A stretch of 46,178 bases of DNA from IMG/VR virus record IMGVR_UViG_3300033412_000026, positions 1-46,178 of that record; one strand, 5' to 3'. The number at the start of each line of letters is the position of its first letter. Within the stretch, counting starts at the first letter, position 1. The position numbers and the translations under genes are program-made. The notes below the pieces were generated by a model. It saw nothing but the letters and a program-made list of their open reading frames with translations, had not been told where the DNA came from and did no database searches. Positions 8,871 to 17,229 of this stretch are shown here, in pieces. This DNA comes from a virus (lineage: Duplodnaviria; Caudoviricetes).

Positions 8871-9362
8871 ATGACGCTCAAGGCTCTCGACAAGTCGTAC
8901 GAGAACTTCAACGTCGGTGACATCGTCGTCCACAGCGGCTACGGTGCCCCCTACGGCGTCAAGATCGTCAAGAAGGTCTTCCTCGACACGACCGGTGAGT
9001 ACCACTTCATCGTGACCGAGGGCGACGTGTCGGGCAACAAGTGGGTGGACGCCAAGAGCGGCGGCCAGCACCTGCTGTCCATCCACACCGTCAAGCAGCT
9101 CCGGTCGTACTCGCACAAGTGGACGCCGGGCGAGACCTTCAACGTCGGTGACATCCTGAAGGACCAGGACGGCACCATGTACCTGTACGCCTCGGCGACG
9201 GACGTCTGGAACCTGTCCAAGGGTACCCGGACGACTCAGGCCAAGTGGGAGGCGACCGGCACGACGTACGGCGGTCGCGTCTTCAAGCGGCAGACCACGG
9301 CCTCCGGTGACCCGTTCACCAAGGTCGTCAAGATGGAGAACATCTGGTCCAGCCGCTGGTAG
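8871..9362 (+). CDS. Hypothetical early protein, two FNVGDI repeats
   Basis: AAGGGGAGAGA leader; internal duplication; paralogous to next gene. Confidence 0.85.
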   Translation: MTLKALDKSYENFNVGDIVVHSGYGAPYGVKIVKKVFLDTTGEYHFIVTEGDVSGNKWVDAKSGGQHLLSIHTVKQLRSYSHKWTPGETFNVGDILKDQDGTMYLYASATDVWNLSKGTRTTQAKWEATGTTYGGRVFKRQTTASGDPFTKVVKMENIWSSRW

Positions 9363-9457
9363 TACATCTCCAACCGTGCAGTGATGGTTGCGCTCACCCT
9401 TCCGGGGTGAGCGTTTCCACCCCTTCGCACGGAGGGGAAAGACACAGGGAGAGAGTT

Positions 9458-9919
9458 ATGGCTACGGTCGAGCACAAGGGTTCCTTCACCGCTGGCGCTG
9501 TCGTCGTCTACACCGGCTACGGCACCAACTACGGGTACTCGCTCGTCAAGGAGATCTACATCGACGCGATCGGCGAGTACCGCTGGATCGCGGAGCCGGT
9601 GAAGATCGTCGGCAACGAGGTTGTCAAGTACACCAACGGCAACCTGGAGCTGATCTCCGACAAGTACATCAACGACGAGTACAAGTCCCGGTGGACCAAG
9701 GACCCCGAGTACAAGAAGGGTGACATCCTCCTCGGCAAGGACAACATGGTGTTCGTGTACATCTCGGACTCCCACGTCGAGCGGCTCACCCCCCGTAAGG
9801 ACATGCCCAGCCTGGGCACCAACGACAGGCAGGGCTACTCCAGCCTGAACGACTACCGTACGAACTTCGGCCCGCTGACCAAGGCGGTCCCGGCTCACCC
9901 GTACACGTCCTCGTTCTGA
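9458..9919 (+). CDS. Hypothetical early protein, paralogue of 8871-9362
   Basis: GYG..YG...VK....D..GEY..I shared motif; AGGGAGAGAG leader. Confidence 0.85.
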   Translation: MATVEHKGSFTAGAVVVYTGYGTNYGYSLVKEIYIDAIGEYRWIAEPVKIVGNEVVKYTNGNLELISDKYINDEYKSRWTKDPEYKKGDILLGKDNMVFVYISDSHVERLTPRKDMPSLGTNDRQGYSSLNDYRTNFGPLTKAVPAHPYTSSF

Positions 9920-10114
9920 TCCTCACTCCGACGAGTGGAGTCGTTCACGGGCCCCAAGGCCCGTGGGCGGCTCGATCTGCCGGAATACCTGGTTAGATCC
10001 AGTTCCCCCAGTGGTTGACCACATCCGGGGCGTCCGCTAGGGCGTCCGCCCGGAGTCACTAGGTGATCCGTAGGGGAAACAATCCAGGCCCAGGGATCTA
10101 TTCCTGAGCCACAG

Positions 10115-10130
10115 TGTGACGCTAGTCACG
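10115..10130. promoter_or_regulatory. Third Crp-like box
   Basis: TGTGA-CGCTAG-TCACG immediately upstream of an RBS. Confidence 0.4.
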
Positions 10131-10148
10131 GAACAAGGGAGAGAGATC

Positions 10149-10583
10149 ATGTGCGGAATGAACGCGACCTGCCCCGTGCACGCCCGTAACGACGTCAAGG
10201 ACGCGGTGGAGGACAACACCCCCGCCCGCGCCGTGACGTACCTCGGCGAGTACGCGGTCGCCACGCTGGACAACCCGTCGTACCAGTCGCCCATGGCGGC
10301 CCTCTCGGCGCTGTTCGGCCAGAAGGCCCCGGACATGTTCATGCACCTCGTGGTCAAGGTCGGCGAGACCGGCTGCCTCGGCGACGTGCTGGACGCCCAG
10401 GGCCTGAAGGACAAGACGGTCTTCCGGGAGACGTTCCTGCCCGGCGACGACGCCCGCCTGACGCCGTTCGTGGACGACCTGTCCATGGGCAACAGCGACA
10501 AGTTCAACGCGGAGCTGACCAAGATCCTCCACGAGTCCCACGACCTGGTCGTGGACTCCGTCCGCAACAAGGTCATCGGCTGA
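10149..10583 (+). CDS. Hypothetical early protein
   Basis: AAGGGAGAGAG leader, strong GC3 bias. Confidence 0.85.
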   Translation: MCGMNATCPVHARNDVKDAVEDNTPARAVTYLGEYAVATLDNPSYQSPMAALSALFGQKAPDMFMHLVVKVGETGCLGDVLDAQGLKDKTVFRETFLPGDDARLTPFVDDLSMGNSDKFNAELTKILHESHDLVVDSVRNKVIG

Positions 10584-10663
10584 CCTGAGCAGTGATGGTG
10601 CGGCACGTCTCCTGACGTGCCGTTGCCACCCCAGCTTAGGGGAAACACGCAAGGGAGAGAGAT

Positions 10664-10933
10664 ATGGCAGTAATCGACACGGACAGGGTGGTCACTGTCG
10701 CGCAGCTCGTGGAAGAGTTGCACGTCAGCATCCCGACCGCTCGCGGCATCGTGCAGGACCTGAGTGTGGTGGCAACCATCAACCGCACCTCGTTCTACGA
10801 CCGGGAGGACGTCAAGGCGGAGCTTCGTGCCCGCAACGACAACCTTCTCGCGTTCCTGGGTGTGCTGTCCCCCGAGGACAGCTACGACGGCAACATCGTT
10901 GCCAGCATGGAAACGTCGCTCAACGAGCTGTAG
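10664..10933 (+). CDS. Winged helix-turn-helix (excisionase-like) DNA-binding protein
   Basis: VTVAQLVEELHVSIPTARG...FYDREDV pattern. Confidence 0.6.
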   Translation: MAVIDTDRVVTVAQLVEELHVSIPTARGIVQDLSVVATINRTSFYDREDVKAELRARNDNLLAFLGVLSPEDSYDGNIVASMETSLNEL

Positions 10934-10942
10934 GGACACAAC

Positions 10943-11509
10943 ATGACCAACCTGTCTCTGTTCGTGCAGGATCCGGACGGCGAGAACCTGGAGATCGATC
11001 TGGGTGACGTTTGGATCCATCCGGATGTGATCGACGAGGACTCCATGGTGGGTCTTCTCGTTCACAGGATCGCCCTGTGGGCGTTCGAGAACGGCAACCG
11101 GTTCGACGACATCACCCCCCTCACGGTGGACGATGACGACGGCCAGGAGCTGGAGATCCACAAGGAGGACACCAGCCCTCACCTGTGGATCCGTGAGGTG
11201 GTCCAGCTCTACATGTGGCTGGACTGCGACAAGCACTGGATCCCCGACGAGGCCACTCTCGGCTACGTCGACAACCAGGGCTGGAAGTGGACGGACTTCG
11301 ACTCCGACCTCCAGCAGGCAGAGGACGAGTACCACCAGGAGTTCGATGGTGACTACGAGGACTATGCCAGGGAGTGGATGAGCGAGACGGGTGAGTCGCT
11401 GGACGACCACCTGGAGCGCCACTTCGACTACGCCGACTACGGCGAGGAGCTGGTCGACGGGTACTCCCGCGTCTCGTGGGGGTACAAGGAGTTCCTGTTC
11501 TCCGAGTGA
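10943..11509 (+). CDS. ardA: ArdA-like antirestriction DNA-mimic protein
   Basis: Very acidic; C-terminal EDYAREW...LERHFDYADYGEEL...FLF resembles ArdA domain 3. Confidence 0.72.
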   Translation: MTNLSLFVQDPDGENLEIDLGDVWIHPDVIDEDSMVGLLVHRIALWAFENGNRFDDITPLTVDDDDGQELEIHKEDTSPHLWIREVVQLYMWLDCDKHWIPDEATLGYVDNQGWKWTDFDSDLQQAEDEYHQEFDGDYEDYAREWMSETGESLDDHLERHFDYADYGEELVDGYSRVSWGYKEFLFSE

Positions 11510-11577
11510 GTAGGTTTGTGCGGGGCACGTCCCCGCACATTCCGGCCCAACTCGGGGCCAATGAGGGGAGAGATCAC

Positions 11578-12003
11578 ATGACCCGCATCAAGAGGATCGC
11601 CGCCGCTACTGCGATGGTGGTCACTCTCGGGCTCGGTGCGACCGCATGTTTCGAGGACGACGCCACGGTGGCGTCCGAGAACGTGTCGAAGGCTGCCGAC
11701 AACTTCGAGGTGCAGCGTCGGATCGTCGTGTTCAACGGCATCACCGACAAGTACCTCATGGTGGTCGTCGGTGCGTGCTCCATCACGGATGAGGGCAACC
11801 AGCTGGAGATCATCTGCAAGACCGGCAAGGACGAGTACGTCAAGGAGTTCGCCGGTCTGTCGGACAACGTGTCGTACTTCATCGAGCAGGGCAAGCCGGT
11901 CAAGGCGAGCGCGTACCACCACCGGGTGACGTTCAAGCCTCAGTCCATCCTGCCCGACGTCGACTTCCGGGGTTCCTCGGAAGACCTGCCCACCAACCAG
12001 TGA
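11578..12003 (+). CDS. Phage lipoprotein
   Basis: Signal peptide with lipobox GATAC; SKAADNFEV.RRIVVFNGITDKY motif familiar from phage lipoproteins. Confidence 0.8.
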   Translation: MTRIKRIAAATAMVVTLGLGATACFEDDATVASENVSKAADNFEVQRRIVVFNGITDKYLMVVVGACSITDEGNQLEIICKTGKDEYVKEFAGLSDNVSYFIEQGKPVKASAYHHRVTFKPQSILPDVDFRGSSEDLPTNQ

Positions 12004-12162
12004 TCTAGTCGTGTCCCGGCCTCCGGGCCGGGCACGGTGAAGAGTGCACAGGGTCCCGAAAAATAAGTAGGGCCTACCTATGATGGTCTTGTCAACCGGA
12101 GGTAGTTTGTTCGCTCTGTGCACTCCTCTCCGTGATGCACACGGAAGTAAGGGGAGAGAAGA

Positions 12163-12648
12163 ATGACTGTTCACATCGACCTGGCCAAGGCTCAGTCTCT
12201 GGTGGCCGAGTGCATCGCCGAGCGCGGTGCCGACTACACCTACGAGAAGGAGGGGTCGACCTGCAAGTACGTGCACAACGTCGGGCAGGTCATGGGTCAG
12301 AACGAGTTCGAGTACGAGGACGACTTCTCGGAGGCGACTCCGGGCTGTCTGATCGGTCTCGCCCTGTCCAAGGCGGGCGTCCCCCTGGAGTTCATGGGTG
12401 GCAACCGCAACATGGACGGATCGATGGACATGATGAAGCACGCCGCCGAGGCGGGCTACATCACCTTCACCGACCAGGCGGACAACTACTTCGCCAACTG
12501 CCAGTCCTCTCAGGACAGCGGTGCGGAGTGGGGCAAGTCGGCCGATGCCGCCGCTCGCGGCAGGCAGCTCGACAAGAAGTACAACTACGACGGAATCGAG
12601 CCCGAGTTCATCGGCTTCGAGGAGGAGGACGGCGAGCCCGTCCTGTAG
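12163..12648 (+). CDS. Hypothetical early protein
   Basis: AAGGGGAGAGA leader; CKYV..PGCLIG..QDSG..WG motifs. Confidence 0.85.
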   Translation: MTVHIDLAKAQSLVAECIAERGADYTYEKEGSTCKYVHNVGQVMGQNEFEYEDDFSEATPGCLIGLALSKAGVPLEFMGGNRNMDGSMDMMKHAAEAGYITFTDQADNYFANCQSSQDSGAEWGKSADAAARGRQLDKKYNYDGIEPEFIGFEEEDGEPVL

Positions 12649-12766
12649 AGTGTGAACTATGCAACAAGGGACCGCGCCCTCTGGGCGTGGGCCTTTGAGC
12701 TGGCCGGGGTGAGGTGCCTCTCTCCCCCTCATCCTGGCGAGCCCATGGGTCCACGAAAGGAGGAAC

Positions 12767-12994
12767 ATGAGTAGCACCCACTTCGTGGTGTCCACTTCGG
12801 GCACTCTCGACCCCGAGACGCCCGTCGAGGGCGTCTTCACCAGCCTGGCCGACGCAGTCCAGTCGGCAACAGACGGCCTGAGCAACGCTCGCGTCACGCG
12901 AGTCACGCCCAAGTACGTCTACCAGGTTGACATCACTCCCAAGATGGTCGTCCGACAGGACGTGTCCGTCGTGACGGAGGCGGTCAGTGAGTAA
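12767..12994 (+). CDS. Hypothetical protein
   Basis: AAGGAGG RBS. Confidence 0.8.
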   Translation: MSSTHFVVSTSGTLDPETPVEGVFTSLADAVQSATDGLSNARVTRVTPKYVYQVDITPKMVVRQDVSVVTEAVSE

Positions 12995-13220
12995 GCAGCT
13001 GAAGTGCACATGCAACAGCAGCTACCGTAGTCCTGGTGACTACAAACTGGCCATCGCCATGGGTTGGGACGTGGAGTTCGTCCATGCCCTCATCGACGTG
13101 TGGGAAGAATGCCTCGATGACGTGCTTGACAACAAGCGCAGCATCGAGGATCTTCTCGACGAGTTGAAGGAGGAGTATGGCCGTACCGTCACGATCCGCC
13201 CAGATCAAGCGGATAGCTGA
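12987..13220 (+). CDS. Hypothetical protein
   Basis: GGAGG RBS, GTG start overlapping upstream gene. Confidence 0.65.
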   Translation: MSKQLKCTCNSSYRSPGDYKLAIAMGWDVEFVHALIDVWEECLDDVLDNKRSIEDLLDELKEEYGRTVTIRPDQADS

Positions 13221-13707
13221 GTTCCTTGAGGACTCAGCTAATGCTGAACGTACGGTGGAAGAGGTCGCAACCCGGATAGTCGATGGTCTCTACGACATGT
13301 GGAGTGCCAACGTATGGGAGGCGGCCCAGCCACCGAAGGTGGGCATGGCATTCAAGACGCCCGCCGTTACGTCCAAGGTCTACCACGTGGCCTGGATCGG
13401 GCCGGAGTTCGAGGGCGGGCCAGACATCGCATGGGTTATCGATGCGGGCGCTGACTACGGGACGTTCGTCCCGTACGACAGCAGGTTCTGGCGCATCCTC
13501 ACTCCGTCCAACGCCAAGGCTGGCGGGGCAGGCAGCAACAAGGACGGATGGAAGGCGGGCGACAAGGTCTCTCTGCTCCAACGTCGGCGTCACTATGTCG
13601 TCGTGGAGGTGGGCGACAAGTGCGTCCTTCTCCGTGACGTTCAGTCCGGCACACTTCAGGCTGACAGCAACGCCAACCTGAAGAAGTACTACAACAAGGA
13701 GAGATGA
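13177..13707 (+). CDS. Hypothetical protein
   Basis: AGGAGGAG RBS; C-terminal WKAGDKV barrel-like motif. Confidence 0.8.
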   Translation: MAVPSRSAQIKRIAEFLEDSANAERTVEEVATRIVDGLYDMWSANVWEAAQPPKVGMAFKTPAVTSKVYHVAWIGPEFEGGPDIAWVIDAGADYGTFVPYDSRFWRILTPSNAKAGGAGSNKDGWKAGDKVSLLQRRRHYVVVEVGDKCVLLRDVQSGTLQADSNANLKKYYNKER

Positions 13708-14120
13708 GCGTGGTCCTCGCCCTGGTCAAGGGGTTGAAGCTCAGCCCCAACAAGGGTTCCACGTGGGAGACGTCGACTCGACAGGTGGAGCTGATCTCCA
13801 GCTCCACCGTCGATCGTGAGGTCTACTGGTGGGTCAAGAGGCTGGACAAGTCGGGCGCTACGGTGTTCGACACCTTCCTCGGGACCCACCTGCTCACCTG
13901 GGACAAGGTCGCCGAGTTCTACAAGCTCGGCAAGAAGTACCGCTTCAAGCACGGCAACACCCGCGATGTCTACGAGATCACCGAGCTTCACCTGGTGGAG
14001 CGTCCGATATCCGAGGACCATCGTGAAGTGGCGCTGGCCAAGTGTCACGATGCGTACTCCGGCAAGGTCTACCTGACCGTGCTCAACAAGTCGGACTACG
14101 ACTACATGCAGGTCATCTGA
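13704..14120 (+). CDS. Hypothetical protein
   Basis: AAGGAG RBS, ATGA overlap. Confidence 0.8.
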   Translation: MSVVLALVKGLKLSPNKGSTWETSTRQVELISSSTVDREVYWWVKRLDKSGATVFDTFLGTHLLTWDKVAEFYKLGKKYRFKHGNTRDVYEITELHLVERPISEDHREVALAKCHDAYSGKVYLTVLNKSDYDYMQVI

Positions 14121-14353
14121 TGACCTGGCAGTGGATCGTGTGGACGCTAGGGCTTGGTGCCCTAGCGTTCTACGCGCAGTATCAGCGAGTCCTCGCCGAG
14201 GACCTGGCGACTGCGCTTCTGGAAGCCCATGCGTGGGTGGATGAGATCATCGAGGCGCTGGAGAACCCGGATGAATCGGAAGCTAACAAATCCCTTGATC
14301 GCCTCGTTGCTCAGCGCGTCAACGACGAGCGGTCTGTGGGTGATCAGCACTAG
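14120..14353 (+). CDS. Membrane-anchored protein
   Basis: MTWQWIVWTLGLGALAFY N-terminal TM; TGATG overlap. Confidence 0.7.
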   Translation: MTWQWIVWTLGLGALAFYAQYQRVLAEDLATALLEAHAWVDEIIEALENPDESEANKSLDRLVAQRVNDERSVGDQH

Positions 14354-14528
14354 CCTGTTCGGTGCCGACCCCAAGTCGAGCGCCGTCGTGGCAATCTTCA
14401 GCAGCGTGATCCTGTCATGTCTGCTGATGTCGGAAGGAGAGAACCTTGACCGGCTCGCCCAAGAAGAGGTGGAGTGGCCTGAAGATCACCCCCGAGGACC
14501 TGAAGACGATCCTCGGTGGAATGCTTGA
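14271..14528 (+). CDS. Putative membrane protein
   Basis: Two hydrophobic segments; GGAGA RBS; overlaps upstream gene. Confidence 0.55.
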   Translation: MNRKLTNPLIASLLSASTTSGLWVISTSLFGADPKSSAVVAIFSSVILSCLLMSEGENLDRLAQEEVEWPEDHPRGPEDDPRWNA

Positions 14529-14604
14529 CGGTCTCGCCATCGGTCTCGTGTTCGCCGGGGGAGCGTTGATCGGCTTCGCGCTGTCGCTCCCCTTCTGGTA
14601 CTGA
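14521..14604 (+). CDS. Small membrane peptide (27 aa)
   Basis: MLDGLAIGLVFAGGALIGFALSLPFWY, ends just before terminator. Confidence 0.5.
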   Translation: MLDGLAIGLVFAGGALIGFALSLPFWY

Positions 14605-14610
14605 ACATGC

Positions 14611-14642
14611 AAAATGGGGGCCACCGTAGTGGCCCCCGTCTT
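14611..14642. terminator. Bidirectional intrinsic terminator
   Basis: GGGGGCCAC-CGTA-GTGGCCCCC between convergent genes. Confidence 0.85.
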
Positions 14643-14648
14643 GTGTGC

Positions 14649-15341
14649 TCAGCCCTCGTACTGCGCTCCCTGGCTCGCTCGCCAGGCTGCGTTGGAACGG
14701 ACTGTGCGCCTGTCTGCCGGGCTCGGCTCGGCTCCCGGGTCCCTGCGCCCCAGGGACCTCTGAACGGCCCCGTATGCCCGCTGCATGCGCTTCTTCGCAG
14801 CCTCCAGGCTGATGTCGAAGTACTCAGCCAGGTTCTCGGCCGTGTAGTTGTACACGTGGAGCAGGTACAGCAGCTCCTTAGTCTCTTCCGGGAGCGCCTT
14901 CACGGCGGCCCGGATGTCCACCAGCTCGGCGATCCTGTCGCCAGTCTGGTTTGCCTGGGGCTTGGACGACGGCTGACCGTCGCCCTTCAGGCCGAACGAC
15001 TGCCAGTCCTGATACTCGAAGATGTCAGGCAGCAGGGACTTGATCTTGGGAATGGTGTAGCGGTAGAGGTCTTCAACACTGTATCCTTCTACCGCAGCCT
15101 TCTCTCGTGCGCAGTAGTCAGAGGCTACCTTGCGCAGCGTGGATGCGATCTTGGCCTCCCACTGGGGGCCGTCCTCCACAGCCTTCTGGATCTGGGACTT
15201 CTTCTCGTAGACCCAGACCCACAGATGCCCCTCGGTGTCCTCCGAGGTCACATACTGGGGGAAGCTGGAGGACACCGAGCGGGCAACATCCCGGACCATC
15301 TTGGTCATGATGTCGTAGTCCAGCTCAATCATGTTACTCAT
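14649..15341 (-). CDS. RNA polymerase sigma factor (sigma70/ECF-like)
   Basis: Region 2-like SEDTEGHLWVWV; region 4 AVKALPEETKELL...YTAENLAEYFDISLEAAKKRMQRA. Confidence 0.8.
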   Translation of the reverse strand: MSNMIELDYDIMTKMVRDVARSVSSSFPQYVTSEDTEGHLWVWVYEKKSQIQKAVEDGPQWEAKIASTLRKVASDYCAREKAAVEGYSVEDLYRYTIPKIKSLLPDIFEYQDWQSFGLKGDGQPSSKPQANQTGDRIAELVDIRAAVKALPEETKELLYLLHVYNYTAENLAEYFDISLEAAKKRMQRAYGAVQRSLGRRDPGAEPSPADRRTVRSNAAWRASQGAQYEG

Positions 15342-15369
15342 CAGTACCTCCGAAAATTTCCACTGGGTC

Positions 15370-16134
15370 TCAGTACTTCACGCCGTTGAGCCAGAACCCA
15401 CGATCAACCATCGTGATCAGCTCCGGATAGACGCGCTTGCCGTCGTCGCGAAGGATCGCGAACGACATCACCCAGTTGACAGCTCCGTCCTTGACGTAGG
15501 TGGCACGGACGGGATCCATGATCGAGCCTACGTTCATGGTGAATCGGGGAGTCACCTTCCCGTCGAAACCGAACGCCTTGGTTAGGAGGTAGGGCTGGTG
15601 AGTGTGCCCAAAGATGATGTTCTTGTCGGTCCCGTAACGCTTGCCGAACTTGGTGTCCCAAGCCTGCGGAGTGCTGGCGTAACCGGGCGCTTCGTGACCG
15701 TGCACCGCATATGTGTTGGTTGCGATACGTACTGGACCACGGACGTAGCCAATCTTGCTGGCTTCGAGATCAAACAGGTTCTCCGTTGTCAGTGCGTCCA
15801 GAGTCCGGAGCGGTGCCGCGTACTGCTGTACAAAATCACGGAGTCGGAGGTCATGATTGCCCTCCAGCCACGTGATCTTAGCCTTGGGAGCGGCGTCACG
15901 CAGCTCTCGTAGAACTCCCTTGAAGCCGTCGATGTGCTTCTGTAGGGTGGGGGCGTACTCGCCCGCAGTCCCCTTGGTCCAACGTGAGACCTGGGGGAAG
16001 TCGATAGCGTCGCCGATCTGGAAGATGGCGTCGGGCTGGAGGTCTTCGATCACCTTGACGATCTTGGACAGGACCAGCGCATCGTGGTAAGGGTACTGGA
16101 TGTCCGGCAGGATCACCGTGGTCTTGGTTGCCAT
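15370..16134 (-). CDS. Metallophosphoesterase (calcineurin-like)
   Basis: PDIQ, GDAID, GNHD, HGH, GHTH motifs; start trimmed to MATKTT. Confidence 0.9.
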   Translation of the reverse strand: MATKTTVILPDIQYPYHDALVLSKIVKVIEDLQPDAIFQIGDAIDFPQVSRWTKGTAGEYAPTLQKHIDGFKGVLRELRDAAPKAKITWLEGNHDLRLRDFVQQYAAPLRTLDALTTENLFDLEASKIGYVRGPVRIATNTYAVHGHEAPGYASTPQAWDTKFGKRYGTDKNIIFGHTHQPYLLTKAFGFDGKVTPRFTMNVGSIMDPVRATYVKDGAVNWVMSFAILRDDGKRVYPELITMVDRGFWLNGVKY

Positions 16135-16140
16135 GTACCC

Positions 16141-16149
16141 GTAGTCTAC
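16141..16149. promoter_or_regulatory. Overlapping divergent -10 elements
   Basis: GTAGTCTAC palindrome reads TAGTCT (+) and TAGACT (-) in a 30-bp divergent gap. Confidence 0.45.
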
Positions 16150-16164
16150 ACCAAGGAGAGAGAT

Positions 16165-16365
16165 ATGAAGGTGACTCGCCCTGTGCGTAGGGTGAACAGA
16201 CAGGAGGTGGCGTGCTCGCATTGCAGCACGACCATCCCCAAGGGAGCCTGTGTCTCCACCCTGTTCAACTACTACGCATGCAAGAATGCGGTGTGCGAAG
16301 AGGCCATCACCCAGCGGTACCACGCCGCCAAGGTGAGCGCCAAGGTGCACCGGGTGTACGCATGA
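16165..16365 (+). CDS. Small zinc-binding protein
   Basis: CSHC...CKNAVC; AAGGAGAGAG leader. Confidence 0.75.
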   Translation: MKVTRPVRRVNRQEVACSHCSTTIPKGACVSTLFNYYACKNAVCEEAITQRYHAAKVSAKVHRVYA

Positions 16366-16925
16366 GCTTCGGTGTCTGGGCGGCGAAGTCGGCCAGGTAC
16401 GAGAAGAACAGAGCAAGCAATCCCTTTCTCGTCCCCGACACGGTGTCGGAGGACAGGTGGGAGGACAGTGCGAACTGCAAGGGCAAGGCGTTCGAGCTGT
16501 TCGAGTACCAGGAGAAGGACTCCCCTCTGACGGAGGGGATGAACTTCAAGCAGCGGATCGACTTCAACCGTGTCAACTTCGAGTTGGCAGGTGAGATCTG
16601 CATCGAGTGCCCCGTCTACTTCAAGTGCGAAGAGACGGCCTCTCCAACGGAGAGGTACTGGACCGTACGTGGGGGCAATCCTCCGGGCCGGTTCGATGAG
16701 GAGTCCAAGCGGTACGACAACGTGGGTCGTCCGCCCGGAGCCAAGAACAAGCAGGCCCGAGCCGTGGCCTCCCCGACCGACCGCGTGTGCCAGCGTGGGC
16801 ACGTGGTCAAGGGTGGCGGCAGGTGCAAGGACTGCAAGCGGGCCAACAACACCGCACGTCAGCGGCGTGTCCGCAGGGAAGCCCGTGAGAAGGCTGGCAT
16901 CCAGGGTCAGGATGCTGTAACCTAG
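16362..16925 (+). CDS. whiB: WhiB-family transcription factor with AT-hook-like and Zn-binding C-terminus
   Basis: W...A.C...F, CIECPV..KC, TVRGG; then GRPPG and CQRGH...RCKDC. Confidence 0.8.
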   Translation: MSFGVWAAKSARYEKNRASNPFLVPDTVSEDRWEDSANCKGKAFELFEYQEKDSPLTEGMNFKQRIDFNRVNFELAGEICIECPVYFKCEETASPTERYWTVRGGNPPGRFDEESKRYDNVGRPPGAKNKQARAVASPTDRVCQRGHVVKGGGRCKDCKRANNTARQRRVRREAREKAGIQGQDAVT

Positions 16926-16982
16926 AGCTTGTCGCTCAGGGGACGCCCACGAGAGACTGCACCCATGCTGATCACATGGGTG

Positions 16983-17053
16983 AGGGTGATGGTGTAAGTG
17001 GTAGCACAGCGCCGAGGAGGCGCTGGTGTCGGTTCGAACCCGGCTCATCCGCA
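16983..17053 (+). ncRNA. tRNA-like element with defective anticodon loop
   Basis: Acceptor GGGTGA/TCATCC, canonical D-arm GTGT-AAGTGGTA-GCAC, T-arm GTCGG-TTCGAAC-CCGGC, but anticodon arm GCGCC-GAGGA-GGCGC lacks U33. Confidence 0.7.
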
Positions 17054-17229
17054 CAGAATTACGGTGAAGACGAGGGCTAACTACCTGAGTCGCCGGTCAC
17101 CCCGGTCCACACGCCAGTGGATTACCCGTAGTTAGGACACCGTGACTGGTGGTACGCTCAGCAGGTGCGACGGGTTTGAGGCCCCGCCTGCGGCTGTAGG
17201 TCGTCAACTCCCTCCCCCTAGGAGTCCTC

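Noticed and set aside
10664-10933. Excisionase implying lysogeny
   Set aside because: No integrase, repressor or parAB recognised; treated as a generic HTH protein
7893-12912. Long minus-strand ORFs (312, 461, 491 aa)
   Set aside because: Antisense shadows of strongly GC3-biased plus-strand genes
17140-17205. GGTGGTAC as a T-box riboswitch
   Set aside because: Bulge reads TGGTACG rather than TGGNACC, and no convincing stem I/specifier loop was seen
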